A stretch of 24,906 nucleotides of DNA from Candidatus Hydrogenedentota bacterium. Its GTDB lineage: Bacteria > Hydrogenedentota > Hydrogenedentia > Hydrogenedentales > JAEUWI01. The notes below the pieces were generated by a model. The model was not told where the DNA came from and did no database searches. It saw only the letters and a program-made list of their open reading frames with translations. The stretch lies in assembly GCA_034669905.1 (NCBI GenBank), contig JAXMOL010000076.1, forward strand, positions 1 through 24,906, in the 5' to 3' direction. The stretch's first letter is position 1. Each line of letters begins with the position of its first letter. Positions 1 through 9,500 of the stretch are shown in pieces. A program made the position numbers and the translations under genes.

Positions 1-13
1 TGCGGTCTGGATT

Positions 14-480
14 CCCAACGCGGCCGGATCACCACAACGTACGCCGGTGTGGGCGGGGAGCAAGCTCCCCGAAGAAAAGTAGCAGCAAGCTGCCACACGC
101 CAAAGAGTCCCCCCGCGCAAGAACGCATACGCCCTGGAGTGCGTAAGCTTGCTTACGCTGTCACCAAGCAAGCTTGCTTGCGGTGGACACAAGTACACTC
201 CCCCTGAACAACGGGCACCCCGTGCACCCAACGCGGCCGGATCACCACAACGTACGCCGGTGTGGGCGGGGAGCAAGCTCCCCAATGAAAAGTGGCAGCA
301 AGCTGCCACACGCCAGAGAGTCCCCCAGCGCGAAAACGCATACGCCCTGGAGTGCGTAAGCTTGCTTGCGGTGGACACAAGTACACTCCCCCTGAACAAC
401 GAGCACCCCCGTGCGCCCAACGCGGCGGATCACCACAACGTTTGCCGGTGTGGGCGGGGAGCAAGCTCCCCAATAAAAAG
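14..480 (+). repeat. REP/REPIN-like family A tandem array (partial unit 14-102, full unit 135-315, truncated unit 348-480)
   Basis: Direct repeats with TGGAGTG at 135 and 348 (213-bp period). Hairpins GCGTAAGC-TT-GCTTACGC, GCAAGC-TT-GCTTGC, GGGGAGC-AA-GCTCCCC and TGGCAGC-AA-GCTGCCA. The same element recurs at 19.8 kb and 21.8 kb. Confidence 0.9.
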
Positions 481-498
481 TCTGTTGGAGCCGATAAA

Positions 499-556
499 AT
501 TCGTGTCAATTCGTGTGCATTCGTGGTTCAACGTTCTGGTAGCGGCCAAAGGCCGC
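499..556. repeat. Three ATTCGTG copies at 10-bp period followed by a GCGGCC-AAA-GGCCGC hairpin
   Basis: ATTCGTG at 499, 509 and 519; inverted repeat at 542-556. Confidence 0.75.
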
Positions 557-591
557 AGTTTGTTTCTGCCGTTGAGCTGCCAGACACCCCC

Positions 592-631
592 AAAAACAAA
601 AATCGGGCCTGCTCCGAAGAACAGGCCCGAT
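592..631 (-). terminator. Rho-independent terminator of the 654-1241 gene
   Basis: The minus strand reads ATCGGGCCTGTTC-TTCG-GAGCAGGCCCGAT-TTTTGTTTTT: a GC stem with a C(UUCG)G tetraloop and U tract, about 20 nt after the stop codon. Confidence 0.85.
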
Positions 632-653
632 GAATTATCTCAGCGATGTAAAC

Positions 654-1241
654 TTATTGTCCCGGGGGCAGGAGGTGCGCGTAGGACATGGTGGTCTGGA
701 AGCGCGTGTCACCGCTGTTGGGGATAAAGGTCTGGTAGTAGGCGAAGGTGCCCTGCACGTCTTCGGCGTTGCCCGTCCAGCGAATGGTGATAGAACCATT
801 CATCTTGCCGTCATTGGAGTTGGCGGGGTTTTCCGGCGATCCGTCGGGCAGGTTGCCGATACCCATGGCCGGACGATCCGGAACCAACACACCGGCGGGG
901 CTTTCCTGACCACCGGTGGCCGTGTCCGGGTCAACAACCGAAGGACGGAAGGCCAGCGAGGCGCGGGCCGGCAGAATGAAGGTGTTGGTCGGGTCGGCTA
1001 TATCGGTGTTGCCACCCGGCCCAATGGACACACCCGACTGGGTGAAATAGAAAATCTCGCAGGTCAGGTCCGTATCGACGTTGCTCTTCAGCGTTACGAC
1101 GCCTGTCACACCCTTAGCCACACCGGGAATCTTATTTCCGATGGGGGCGTTGTCTACAAACCACGGAATGCTGAGCGTACTCGCAAAGGCAACCGTTGTT
1201 CCGACACAGGCCATCGCAGCCATAATACCAAGCTTTTTCAT
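654..1241 (-). CDS. Secreted hypothetical protein (195 aa, Sec signal peptide)
   Basis: Start MKKLGIMAAMACVGTTVAFA|STLSIPWF at ATG 1241 with AGGAG upstream. The mature part is Gly/Pro/Thr-rich and looks beta-rich. It has its own promoter and terminator. Confidence 0.85.
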   Translation of the reverse strand: MKKLGIMAAMACVGTTVAFASTLSIPWFVDNAPIGNKIPGVAKGVTGVVTLKSNVDTDLTCEIFYFTQSGVSIGPGGNTDIADPTNTFILPARASLAFRPSVVDPDTATGGQESPAGVLVPDRPAMGIGNLPDGSPENPANSNDGKMNGSITIRWTGNAEDVQGTFAYYQTFIPNSGDTRFQTTMSYAHLLPPGQ

Positions 1242-1358
1242 CTCGTACCATCTCCTCGTATGGACAGACCGGCTGACCAAAATCGCTTCCACAGAAGCTG
1301 TTAACTATTGACGAAATCGAGCCCCTGAAACACGCACTCCCAACGTAAACACGTCTTC

Positions 1359-1387
1359 GTTGTAACACACCCTCTGGCACGTGTCAA
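1359..1387 (-). promoter_or_regulatory. Sigma-70-type promoter for the secreted protein gene
   Basis: Minus strand TTGACA (1387-1382), 17-bp spacer, TACAAC (1364-1359). Confidence 0.65.
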
Positions 1388-1455
1388 GAAATGTTGCTCC
1401 TCTGCTAGTATAACCCATGACCCGTGATAGACCAAGAAAAAATGGCAGGACAACA

Positions 1456-3021
1456 ATGATATCACTATTCGCCTTATTGCGCGCTGCGACAAAAAAAAGC
1501 AGCGTTCCCCTCATCATCGCACTCACGCTCACCGCCTGCCACCACCCGACGCCCCTCGACCGCCCGGCACGCCATGTGCTCGTCATCGTCATCGACACCC
1601 TTCGGGCCGATCACCTGGGCACCTATGGCTATTCGCGGGACACCTCCCCCTTTCTTGACCGTCTGGCGGCGGAGGGCACCGTGTTTACCCAGGCCGTGAC
1701 CACCTCCTCCTTCACGGGCGAGGCCATCTCGTCCCTTTTCACCGGCCAATACCCTTCGGCAACCCCGTGGGGCGCGGGTTGGTATGCCCGCCCCGCGCCC
1801 GATGCCACCACATTGGCCATGGCCTTTCGGGAGCAAGGCTATGCCACCGCCCTCTTCTCCAATTCCCCCGTGCTGGATGCGCCGGAATTCTATCGGGGCT
1901 TTGATACCACGTGGTGCGGTACCGAGTTTGGTCTGAGTGGACAAGCCCCCCGCCTGGTGACCCGCGCCCTGGAATGGCTCCAAGCCCACCCGGACCAACC
2001 GACCTTCACCTACCTCCATTTCCTGGACCCCCATTCGCCCTATGCGCCCACAGAAACCTACGCCACCCGCTTTGGCACGCCCGACACCGACGCGCCTCTC
2101 TCGCTCTATGAAGACATACGACAACAGGTCCCGGCCTTGCGGGCCACGGGCTTTGGTCCGGGCGATGCCCGCTTCGAAGACCTGGTCCGCCGCTATGATG
2201 GGGAAATTGCCTTCATCGATGATACGGTGAAAGGGCTCTTCCAGGGATTAGAGAAGCTCGGCCTGAAAAACGACACGCTGGCCGTCATCACGTCCGACCA
2301 CGGCGAAGAGTTCCTGGAGCACGGCTTCGTGGAACACGCCTGGACCCTTTACCCGGAAGTACACCGCGTCCCCCTCCTTCTGTGGGAGCCCGACCGCATT
2401 CCCGTAGCGCGCAATGAGACCACCGTATCCCTCGTGGATATCATGCCGACCCTGGCGGCCTTACAGGAACTCCCCGCCCGCGAAGGTAGGGGCACGCCGC
2501 TGCTCCAATCCCGCGACGACGGCACCTGGTTTGCCGCCCCCGGCGCGGCCCCCCGCATCATGGAGCTCCTTATCCAGAGTCGCTGTCTGGTTCGTGCCGT
2601 GGTTCAGGAGGACGCGCTCTACGTCGCCTACTGGCAGTGGCGTTCCCCGGAGGAATGTGCCACGGCCGCCGGGGTGCTTCGGAAGACCCGCGCCGCTCTC
2701 CTCGATGGCTCGGTGGAGCCGGTGGACACCCGGGGTGTCATCGTGAAAGAGGCGCTCTATGATCTGGCCACGGACCCGGGCGCTCAGCATGATATCGCCT
2801 CCGCTCATCCCGAAGAAGTCGCACGGTGGCGTGCCTATCTGCTCGACTACCTGAAGACCTGTCCGCCCCAATTACCCGACCGTTTCAAAGCCACCCGGGA
2901 TGAGACGTTGTTGAACGAAGCCGAACAACAATTGCTGAAAAACGTCGCCGAGGAATTTCTCCAACCAACGGCGCCGGGCACGCCCCACGATCATGCGTTG
3001 GAATCCCTTGGCTACTTGTAA
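1456..3021 (+). CDS. Sulfatase-like hydrolase/transferase (alkaline phosphatase superfamily), putative lipoprotein
   Basis: IVIDTLRADHLG, SLFTG, HFLDPHSPY, YDGEIAFID, TSDHGEEFLEHG, LYDLxxDP and C-terminal LESLGYL; lipobox LTA-C. ATG 1456 has AGGA upstream (alternative start 1417). Confidence 0.9.
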   Translation: MISLFALLRAATKKSSVPLIIALTLTACHHPTPLDRPARHVLVIVIDTLRADHLGTYGYSRDTSPFLDRLAAEGTVFTQAVTTSSFTGEAISSLFTGQYPSATPWGAGWYARPAPDATTLAMAFREQGYATALFSNSPVLDAPEFYRGFDTTWCGTEFGLSGQAPRLVTRALEWLQAHPDQPTFTYLHFLDPHSPYAPTETYATRFGTPDTDAPLSLYEDIRQQVPALRATGFGPGDARFEDLVRRYDGEIAFIDDTVKGLFQGLEKLGLKNDTLAVITSDHGEEFLEHGFVEHAWTLYPEVHRVPLLLWEPDRIPVARNETTVSLVDIMPTLAALQELPAREGRGTPLLQSRDDGTWFAAPGAAPRIMELLIQSRCLVRAVVQEDALYVAYWQWRSPEECATAAGVLRKTRAALLDGSVEPVDTRGVIVKEALYDLATDPGAQHDIASAHPEEVARWRAYLLDYLKTCPPQLPDRFKATRDETLLNEAEQQLLKNVAEEFLQPTAPGTPHDHALESLGYL

Positions 3022-3043
3022 CGGCGAAAGAGGCACCGCCATA

Positions 3044-4672
3044 ATGGCCCCCATGACCCCTATCGCCCGCCGTGAATGGCTCTTTCCGCTCTGCCTCGCC
3101 ATCCTCTTCATCGTGGTGGGCTCCTTCCCCTATTGCTATGGCTACGCCACCGCCGCGCCGGGGGAAGACTTCATGGGCTTCATCGGCCGGGGAACACCGG
3201 GTGCCAACAGCTACTTTGCCTTCGCACGCCAGGTCGCGGAAGGACACCACGCCGTCACCAACCTCTACACCCCCCAGTCCCCAGAGCGGTCCTATGTCAA
3301 TCCCGAATGGTGGGTCATGGGCCAGACGACGCGCCTGACGGGTCTTTCACTCGTAGCAGTCTTCCACCTCGGGCGCATCCTTACGGTCTTCGCTTTTCTC
3401 CTGGCCCTCTATTACCTCTGCGCCGTGACCCTTTCCACGCCGGCCCAACGCCGGGCCGCCCTCCTGCTCGTCACCTGTGGCACGGGACTGGGCTGGCTGC
3501 TCGTGGGTGCCAACGGACTCCTCGGGACCCACCTGCCCCTCTCTCTCGATGCGAAGGGCGTGAGCATCTTCGGCTATTTGATGAACAAGCCCCACTTCAT
3601 CCGCGCCGGGGCCTTTGCCGCCCTCCAATACGGGTGGTTCATCCGGGGTGACCAGACGGGGCAGGCCCGCTTCTTTGCATTCTCCGGACTCGCCGCAGCG
3701 GGACACAGCCTTATCCGGCCCTACCAGATACCCGAGGCCTTTCTGTTCCTGGGCCTCTATGCCGCGATTCGCATCGCCCGACAGCCCGCCACGATGGGGA
3801 GGGTCCTCCCACACACGGCACTCGCCGGGCTTTGTCATGCCCCCCTCGTGGTGTGGCATGGCCTCGTCTATTGGAAGAATCCCCTGGGCCTGGGGAGCTT
3901 TGAATCCTGGACGCCCCTCTTCCTCCTGCCCCAGGTCTTCTGGCTGGGGCTGCCCTTCGCTGCCTTGCTGGTGCACCTGGTGCTCGGGTGGCCGGGATTG
4001 GCCGGGCGAAGGCCTGCGCCGTCCGTCCTGGCGCTCTGGCTCCTCGCGGCCTTTTTACTGCTCCATAGTCATCCCTTTTTCCGGTGGGGCGTCGAGAGTT
4101 ACTTCGCCTGGGTCTTCGTGCCGCCCCTCCTCTTCGTGGGCCATATCTGGCCCGCAGTGGCACGGTGGTGTGCGGCGCGGCCCGAGCCCCACATGCGACG
4201 ACTCGCGCTGGCGATCGTTATCGTGGCGGTGGCCCCGGGCAACGCCTTGATATACACCCAGTTTTTCACCGGGCTGCACGCACCCCAGCCGCCGTGGCGG
4301 TATTACCTCGATCAAGACACCCACCAGGCCATCGAATGGATTGGGGAACACGGCGTGGAAGGGGACGTGGTGCTGGCGAGCCATGACACGAGCCAGTTCA
4401 TCCCCCGGTTCGCGAACCTGCGGGTCTTGACGGGACAGGACGTGCTCACGGCCAACTACGCCACGCAGAACGATTGGGTCGCCCAGTTTTTTGGTGCCGC
4501 GGGCGACGAGGGCTTCAAGCGCTGGCTATGCCAGACTCAGCAGGTGGCGTGGGTACTCGTGGGCCCCGCGGAGCGGCGCCTCGGCAACCCCAACGTGGCA
4601 ATGCCCCGTGGATTCGAGCGGGTCCATTCCATTGGCGACGTGGACATTTACGCGGTTCGGCTGGTGCAGTGA
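3044..4672 (+). CDS. Polytopic membrane protein, possibly a GT-C-fold glycosyltransferase-like protein
   Basis: Roughly 10-12 hydrophobic segments, an extracytoplasmic loop after TM1 and a soluble C-terminal domain (AIEWIGEH..GDVVLAS). ATG 3044 has GAAAGAGG upstream and lies 22 bp after the sulfatase-like gene. Confidence 0.75.
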   Translation: MAPMTPIARREWLFPLCLAILFIVVGSFPYCYGYATAAPGEDFMGFIGRGTPGANSYFAFARQVAEGHHAVTNLYTPQSPERSYVNPEWWVMGQTTRLTGLSLVAVFHLGRILTVFAFLLALYYLCAVTLSTPAQRRAALLLVTCGTGLGWLLVGANGLLGTHLPLSLDAKGVSIFGYLMNKPHFIRAGAFAALQYGWFIRGDQTGQARFFAFSGLAAAGHSLIRPYQIPEAFLFLGLYAAIRIARQPATMGRVLPHTALAGLCHAPLVVWHGLVYWKNPLGLGSFESWTPLFLLPQVFWLGLPFAALLVHLVLGWPGLAGRRPAPSVLALWLLAAFLLLHSHPFFRWGVESYFAWVFVPPLLFVGHIWPAVARWCAARPEPHMRRLALAIVIVAVAPGNALIYTQFFTGLHAPQPPWRYYLDQDTHQAIEWIGEHGVEGDVVLASHDTSQFIPRFANLRVLTGQDVLTANYATQNDWVAQFFGAAGDEGFKRWLCQTQQVAWVLVGPAERRLGNPNVAMPRGFERVHSIGDVDIYAVRLVQ

Positions 4673-4714
4673 TGCCCTGGGCTTTTGAGCCGTGCAGGCC
4701 CTTCGGGCCGAAAC

Positions 4715-4748
4715 AAAGGACCAAAAGGACGGAAACGACCTAAAGGAC
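4715..4748. repeat. Four AAA(G/C)GAC copies at 9-bp period
   Basis: Copies at 4715, 4724, 4733 and 4742. Confidence 0.75.
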
Positions 4749-4750
4749 AA

Positions 4751-4955
4751 TAGGCATTACCACAGGAACTGTGGTCAAGAGAAATTACAGAGTCTCGTTC
4801 CTACGGTCCTCCGTAGGAATGCAGACCTTGCCGCTACTGCGGTAACGCCGAAGGCGAGAGAAACCATCGGTCATCCTGGCGACCTACACCCACGTGCAAG
4901 CCCTGTCCCGCAGGAGCGGAACCATAGGCATTACCACGGGGACCGAGGTAACGAG
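4751..4955. repeat. REP/REPIN-like family B (inverted hairpin pair plus an orphan arm)
   Basis: CTCGTTCCTACGG-TCCT-CCGTAGGAATGC (4794-4822) is inverted relative to GCATTACCACGG-GGA-CCGAGGTAACGAG (4928-4955). Inner inverted pair CCGCTACTGCGG (4831) and CCGCAGGAGCGG (4908). A third arm lies at 4751-4781. Confidence 0.7.
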
Positions 4956-5012
4956 CCTGCAAAACGCCCCACACAACGTTGCCGCCCAACCCCTATGCCG
5001 GCGGCCCCCAGA

Positions 5013-6488
5013 TCACGTATAGATCTGCGACACCAACTCGCCCGCCACATCCGTCAGGCGATAGTCCCGACCACTGAATCGGTAGGTCAATTCCTCGTGA
5101 TTAATTCCAAACAAGTGGAGCATGGTAGCGTGCAGGTCATTCACATGCACGGGGTCTTTCGTGATATTCCAACCGATTTCATCCGTCTCCCCGATGACCT
5201 GCCCGCCCTTCACGCCGCCACCGGCCATCCACATGGAAAAGGCATTGGGATGGTGATCCCGTCCCGTGTTGGCCTCCCGGAATCCGCCCCGGTTTTCGCC
5301 CAGGGCCGTGCGGCCAAATTCCGCCCCCCAGACAACCATGGTGTCCTCCAGCATGCCCCGTTGCTTCAGGTCTTTCAACAGCGCACCGATGGGCTGGTCG
5401 CACATGGCCGTCGTAAAACGCAATTCCCGATCCAGGTCGCTGTGGTGATCCCAGCTGGCGTGGTAGATATTGATAAAGCGCACGCCCCGCTCCACCATGC
5501 GGCGGGCCAGAAGACAATTGCGTGAGAAGGCATCAAAGGTCCCCTTGGGGCCACCCCGCGACGCCTTGAATCCCATTTCCGTCCGCCCCACCCCATACAT
5601 ATCGAGGGTCTCCTGGCTTTCGCCCGAAAGGTCGATCAATTCCGGCGCAGCAGACTGCATGCGGTAGGCCAGTTCATAGGACGAAATACGAGAAAGAATC
5701 TCCGGATCCCGCGTCGCCTCATAGTGCAGCTGATTCATATCCCGCACCGTATCCAGACCCAGCCGCTGGCATTCATGGGGCAGGCCTGCCGGATTCGCCA
5801 GGTGCAACACGGGTTCGCCCTGGTTGCGGAATAAGACGCCCTGATAGGTGGAGGGCAAAAAGCCGCTGGACCAGTTGGAAACACCTCCGGTGGCACCACG
5901 GCCCGCCGTCAACACGACGTAGCCCGGCAGGTTATCGGACTCCGAGCCCAGCCCATAATTGATCCACGACCCCATAGAGGGACGGCCAAAGGTGGGCACA
6001 CCCGTGTTCATCATGAGCTGGCCGGGGTGATGATTAAAGGCTTCGGTGTGCATGGAGCGAATCATGCAAATGTCATCGGCACAGTCCCCGATGTGGGGCA
6101 GCCAGGTGGACATCTCCATGCCCGACTCGCCATAGCGCTTGAAGCGCTGATTGCTGCCCATGACCACCGCCGATTCCTTCTGGATGAAGGCAAAGCGCAT
6201 GTCTTTGGTGAGGGACTCCGGCAGGGGCTGTCCGTTGAGTTTGTTCAACGTGGGCTTGGGGTCAAAGAGATCTACCTGGCTCGGCGCACCGGCCATGAAA
6301 ATAAAAATGCAGGCCTTGGCCTTGGGTGCGAAGTGGTTTTCTTTCGGCTCCAGGGGGTTGACCCCGACGGGTTTTGCCGGGGCCTCTTTCTGCAAGAGCG
6401 AAGCCAGGGCCAGACCACCAATACCCCCCGCGGTGCTCGTCAGAAAGTCACGGCGGGACTGCAGAATCTTTTCTTCTAGGGGATGCAT
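5013..6488 (-). CDS. DUF1501 domain-containing protein with Tat signal
   Basis: SRRDFL twin-arginine motif; PKAKxCIFIFMAGAPSQVDLFDPKP, GRPSMGSWINYGLGSE, CLLARRMVERGVRF, WDHH, GAEFGRT, GRDHHP and LTDVAG are typical of planctomycete-type DUF1501 proteins. Confidence 0.92.
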   Translation of the reverse strand: MHPLEEKILQSRRDFLTSTAGGIGGLALASLLQKEAPAKPVGVNPLEPKENHFAPKAKACIFIFMAGAPSQVDLFDPKPTLNKLNGQPLPESLTKDMRFAFIQKESAVVMGSNQRFKRYGESGMEMSTWLPHIGDCADDICMIRSMHTEAFNHHPGQLMMNTGVPTFGRPSMGSWINYGLGSESDNLPGYVVLTAGRGATGGVSNWSSGFLPSTYQGVLFRNQGEPVLHLANPAGLPHECQRLGLDTVRDMNQLHYEATRDPEILSRISSYELAYRMQSAAPELIDLSGESQETLDMYGVGRTEMGFKASRGGPKGTFDAFSRNCLLARRMVERGVRFINIYHASWDHHSDLDRELRFTTAMCDQPIGALLKDLKQRGMLEDTMVVWGAEFGRTALGENRGGFREANTGRDHHPNAFSMWMAGGGVKGGQVIGETDEIGWNITKDPVHVNDLHATMLHLFGINHEELTYRFSGRDYRLTDVAGELVSQIYT

Positions 6489-6530
6489 CGCGTTACGTAC
6501 TCCAAAGAAATATCCGGCTTACCCGAAGCG

Positions 6531-9500
6531 CTATTCCCGGGTTAAAAACTCATCCAGATTCATGATCGAACGGGCCAACACCGTGTGGGCCGCCGCCGTG
6601 GCAGGCGATACCGATTCCGGCAAATAGGGCCCCACCAGGGTTTTGGCTTCTTCCGGCAAGGGGGCAAAGGTCGCCTCCTGCGACTGAACCAGACCCACAA
6701 GCATTTCCAGCTCCTTGGCCTTGGGCTCCCGGCCCATGCACCACTTAAACGCCGTCGCCACCCGCGCCTCCAACGTGTCCGGTCCCGTCGTCAGCAGTCG
6801 CTGCGCCAGGGCTTGGGCCGCCTCTACAAAAACCGGATCATTCAGCAGGGTCAAGGACTGGAGCGGGGTGTTGGATCGGTTCCGTGCCAGGGTCGACACA
6901 TTGGAATCGGGGCAATCAAAGGTCATGAGCATGGGATAGGCCACCGTGCGCTGAAAGAAGATATAGAGTCCGCGGCGATAGCGATCGTCCCCTTCGCTCT
7001 CCTCCCACTTGATGGAGTTGGCATAGCCGAGGTTCATGACGCCCTCCGGAACCGGCGGCCGAACGCTGGGTCCGCCCACGCTGTCGGTAAGCAAGCCGCT
7101 GGCTGCCAGGAAGAGGTCCCGGGTGATTTCTGCCTCTACACGGAAACGATTCTGTCGGGCCAGCAGGCGGTTGGTCGGATCCTTCTGCTGGATGTCGTCC
7201 CGCAGATAGGAAGACTGGCGGTAAGTCGCCGACATAAGAATGGTCTTTATGAGCGACTTGGTGCGCCAGTGATGATCTTCCATAAAGCTCACGGCGAGCC
7301 AATCCAGGAGTTGGGGGTGGGTCGGCACTTCGGTGCGGGTGCCGAAGTCTTCACTCGTGCGGGCCAGGCCATCGCCAAAGAGATGCTCCCACACCCGATT
7401 GACCGCCACGCGCGCGGTCAGGGGATTCTCCCGTGCCACGATCCACTGGGCCAGATCGAGGCGGTCAGGCCGATCACCACGGACCTTCAGGGGCGGCAAC
7501 ACCGCAGGCGTATGGGGCTGAACCTCGGCACCAGGTTGCAGAAAGTCGCCCCGATTGTGAATGCGCGTCACCGGGGGTTGGGGATTATTCGCCAGGGCCA
7601 TCGTCACCGAAGCAATGGGGGCGGGCGCACTGTCTTTCGCCTTGGCCAGGGCCGCGGTGAGCTGCCTGTAGGTCTCGTCATCTTTTCCATAGGCCGCGAG
7701 GAGCGCGGCGCGGTCGGCATCGCTCCGCTCATCCGGTGCTTTCTTCAACGCGGCAAACACATCGTCGGAAAAGGGAATGCTTGCCGGGTCCGCACCGGTC
7801 AGCCCGAGACGGAAACGTCCAATAGTGTGGAAGCCCCCATAGTGATGGGCGAGCTCTATCGTAAACAGGGTGCCCGACGCATAGCCCACCGGCTCGGCAA
7901 GTAGAAATTCGGCGGTGCTGTTTTTACTCGTCTTGGAACCGTCGCCGACGGCCCAGCCACTGCCCTTGTCGCCGTCCAAGGCGTTTTCGATGGGGTAATC
8001 CTTCTGCGCGTAGGTGGCCGTCGCCGAGGCGATGGGCACCGGGGTCACATCATGAGGCGCATCGGCCGGGGCCGCAAACACGCGAAATTCGCTCAGCACG
8101 AAGTTGGCGTTGGGGGAACGACCGGGTCCCTTTTGTGGCAGGTCCGGGTGGGTCAAGACTTCCAGACGCAGGGCACGGGTCGCGGGGTTGTCTGTCTTCA
8201 GGACCACCGTATAGCTATCGGCCACGGGAGCTTCCCCCGTCAGCAACAGGGAGTTATCCTCCAAGGCCTGGAAGGTAGAGCCACCACGGGCACTGTAGGA
8301 ACGGGCCGCAGGCACCGTCCACCCTTCTTCCGGCAAGGTCAGGCCATCTTCCCAAGCGGCCAGCTTTTCTCCCAACCCTGCAATATAGGCGGCCCGCTCG
8401 GTCTCCTTCGCCGCCACATTGGCGTTGTGTTTTTCAACCGCGGCCGCATAGGCGGCTTCCTCACCAGGAAGCGGCGAAGGAATATCGGTCTCCAGGGCCG
8501 CATCGAAAAAAGCGTAGAGCCCAAAGTACTCCCGCTGCGTAATGGGATCATACTTGTGGGTATGGCACTGGGCGCAGGCCACCGTAAGCCCCATAAAGAC
8601 CGCCCCCGTCGTGTTGGCCCGATCCACCGCCTGCTTCACCCGATCTTCCTCCGGGTCAATACCGCCCTCCCGGTTGGTCAGGGTGTTGCGATGAAAACCT
8701 GTGGCCGTCTTCTGGGCCAGGGTGGCACCGGGCAACAGATCGCCCGCCAATTGCTGCACCACAAACTCGTCATAGGGCATGTCTTCGTTGATGGCGTTAA
8801 TCACCCAGTCCCGATACCGGTAGGCATAGGGACGGGGCCGATCCTTTTCATAACCATCACTGTCGGCATAACGTGCAAGATCCAACCAATGACGTCCCCA
8901 CCGCTCGCCATAATGGGGCGATGCGAGGAGGCGATTGACCACCTTTTCATAGGCGTCGGGCGATTCGTCCGCCAGGAACGCATCCACCTCGGCCGGCTCG
9001 GGGGGCAGGCCCAGTAAGTCGAGATAGAGCCGACGCAGCAAGACGGTCTTTTCCGCTTCCGGATTGGGATGCAGACCGGCCTCGCGCATGCGGGCCAGGG
9101 TAAAGGCATCGATGGGATTGTGGCCCCAGGCGCCCTCTGGCAGCGCAGGGAGCTCGGGGCGCTGCACAGGTTGAAACGCCCAGTGATCTGATTCGACCCC
9201 CGCGGCCCCTTCGGGCGTCTCTGGCAGCTCGGCCCCCGCCGCAAGCCACTCCCGGAGCACCCCTTGCTCCGCCTCGGAAAGGGGATCCCCCTTGGGCGGC
9301 ATGGTCAGTTTCTCGTGAAGACCGGACACCACCTGAAAAAGCAGGCTCTCCTCAGGTTGGCCCGATAGATATACCGCCCCCCCATCGCTGCCATTTCGCA
9401 AACCGGCGGGTGAATCGAGGCGAAGGCCCGCCTTTTGCTTCGTCGGGCCATGGCAGGAAACGCAGTGAGCGGCGAAGATGGGGGCCACTTCCGTATCATA

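Noticed and set aside
14..480. CRISPR array interpretation of the family A arrays (also 19.8 kb and 21.8 kb)
   Set aside because: The period is about 214 bp, the 'spacers' are homologous or identical to each other, there are only 2-3 units per locus, and no cas genes are present.
149..727. ORFs running through repeats (149-727, 19826-20267, 21718-22263 and others)
   Set aside because: They are translations of the palindromic elements, recur in shifted frames, and have no RBS or protein-like features.
4692..5525. 277-aa plus-strand ORF
   Set aside because: The first third translates intergenic repeats and the rest is antisense to the DUF1501 gene.
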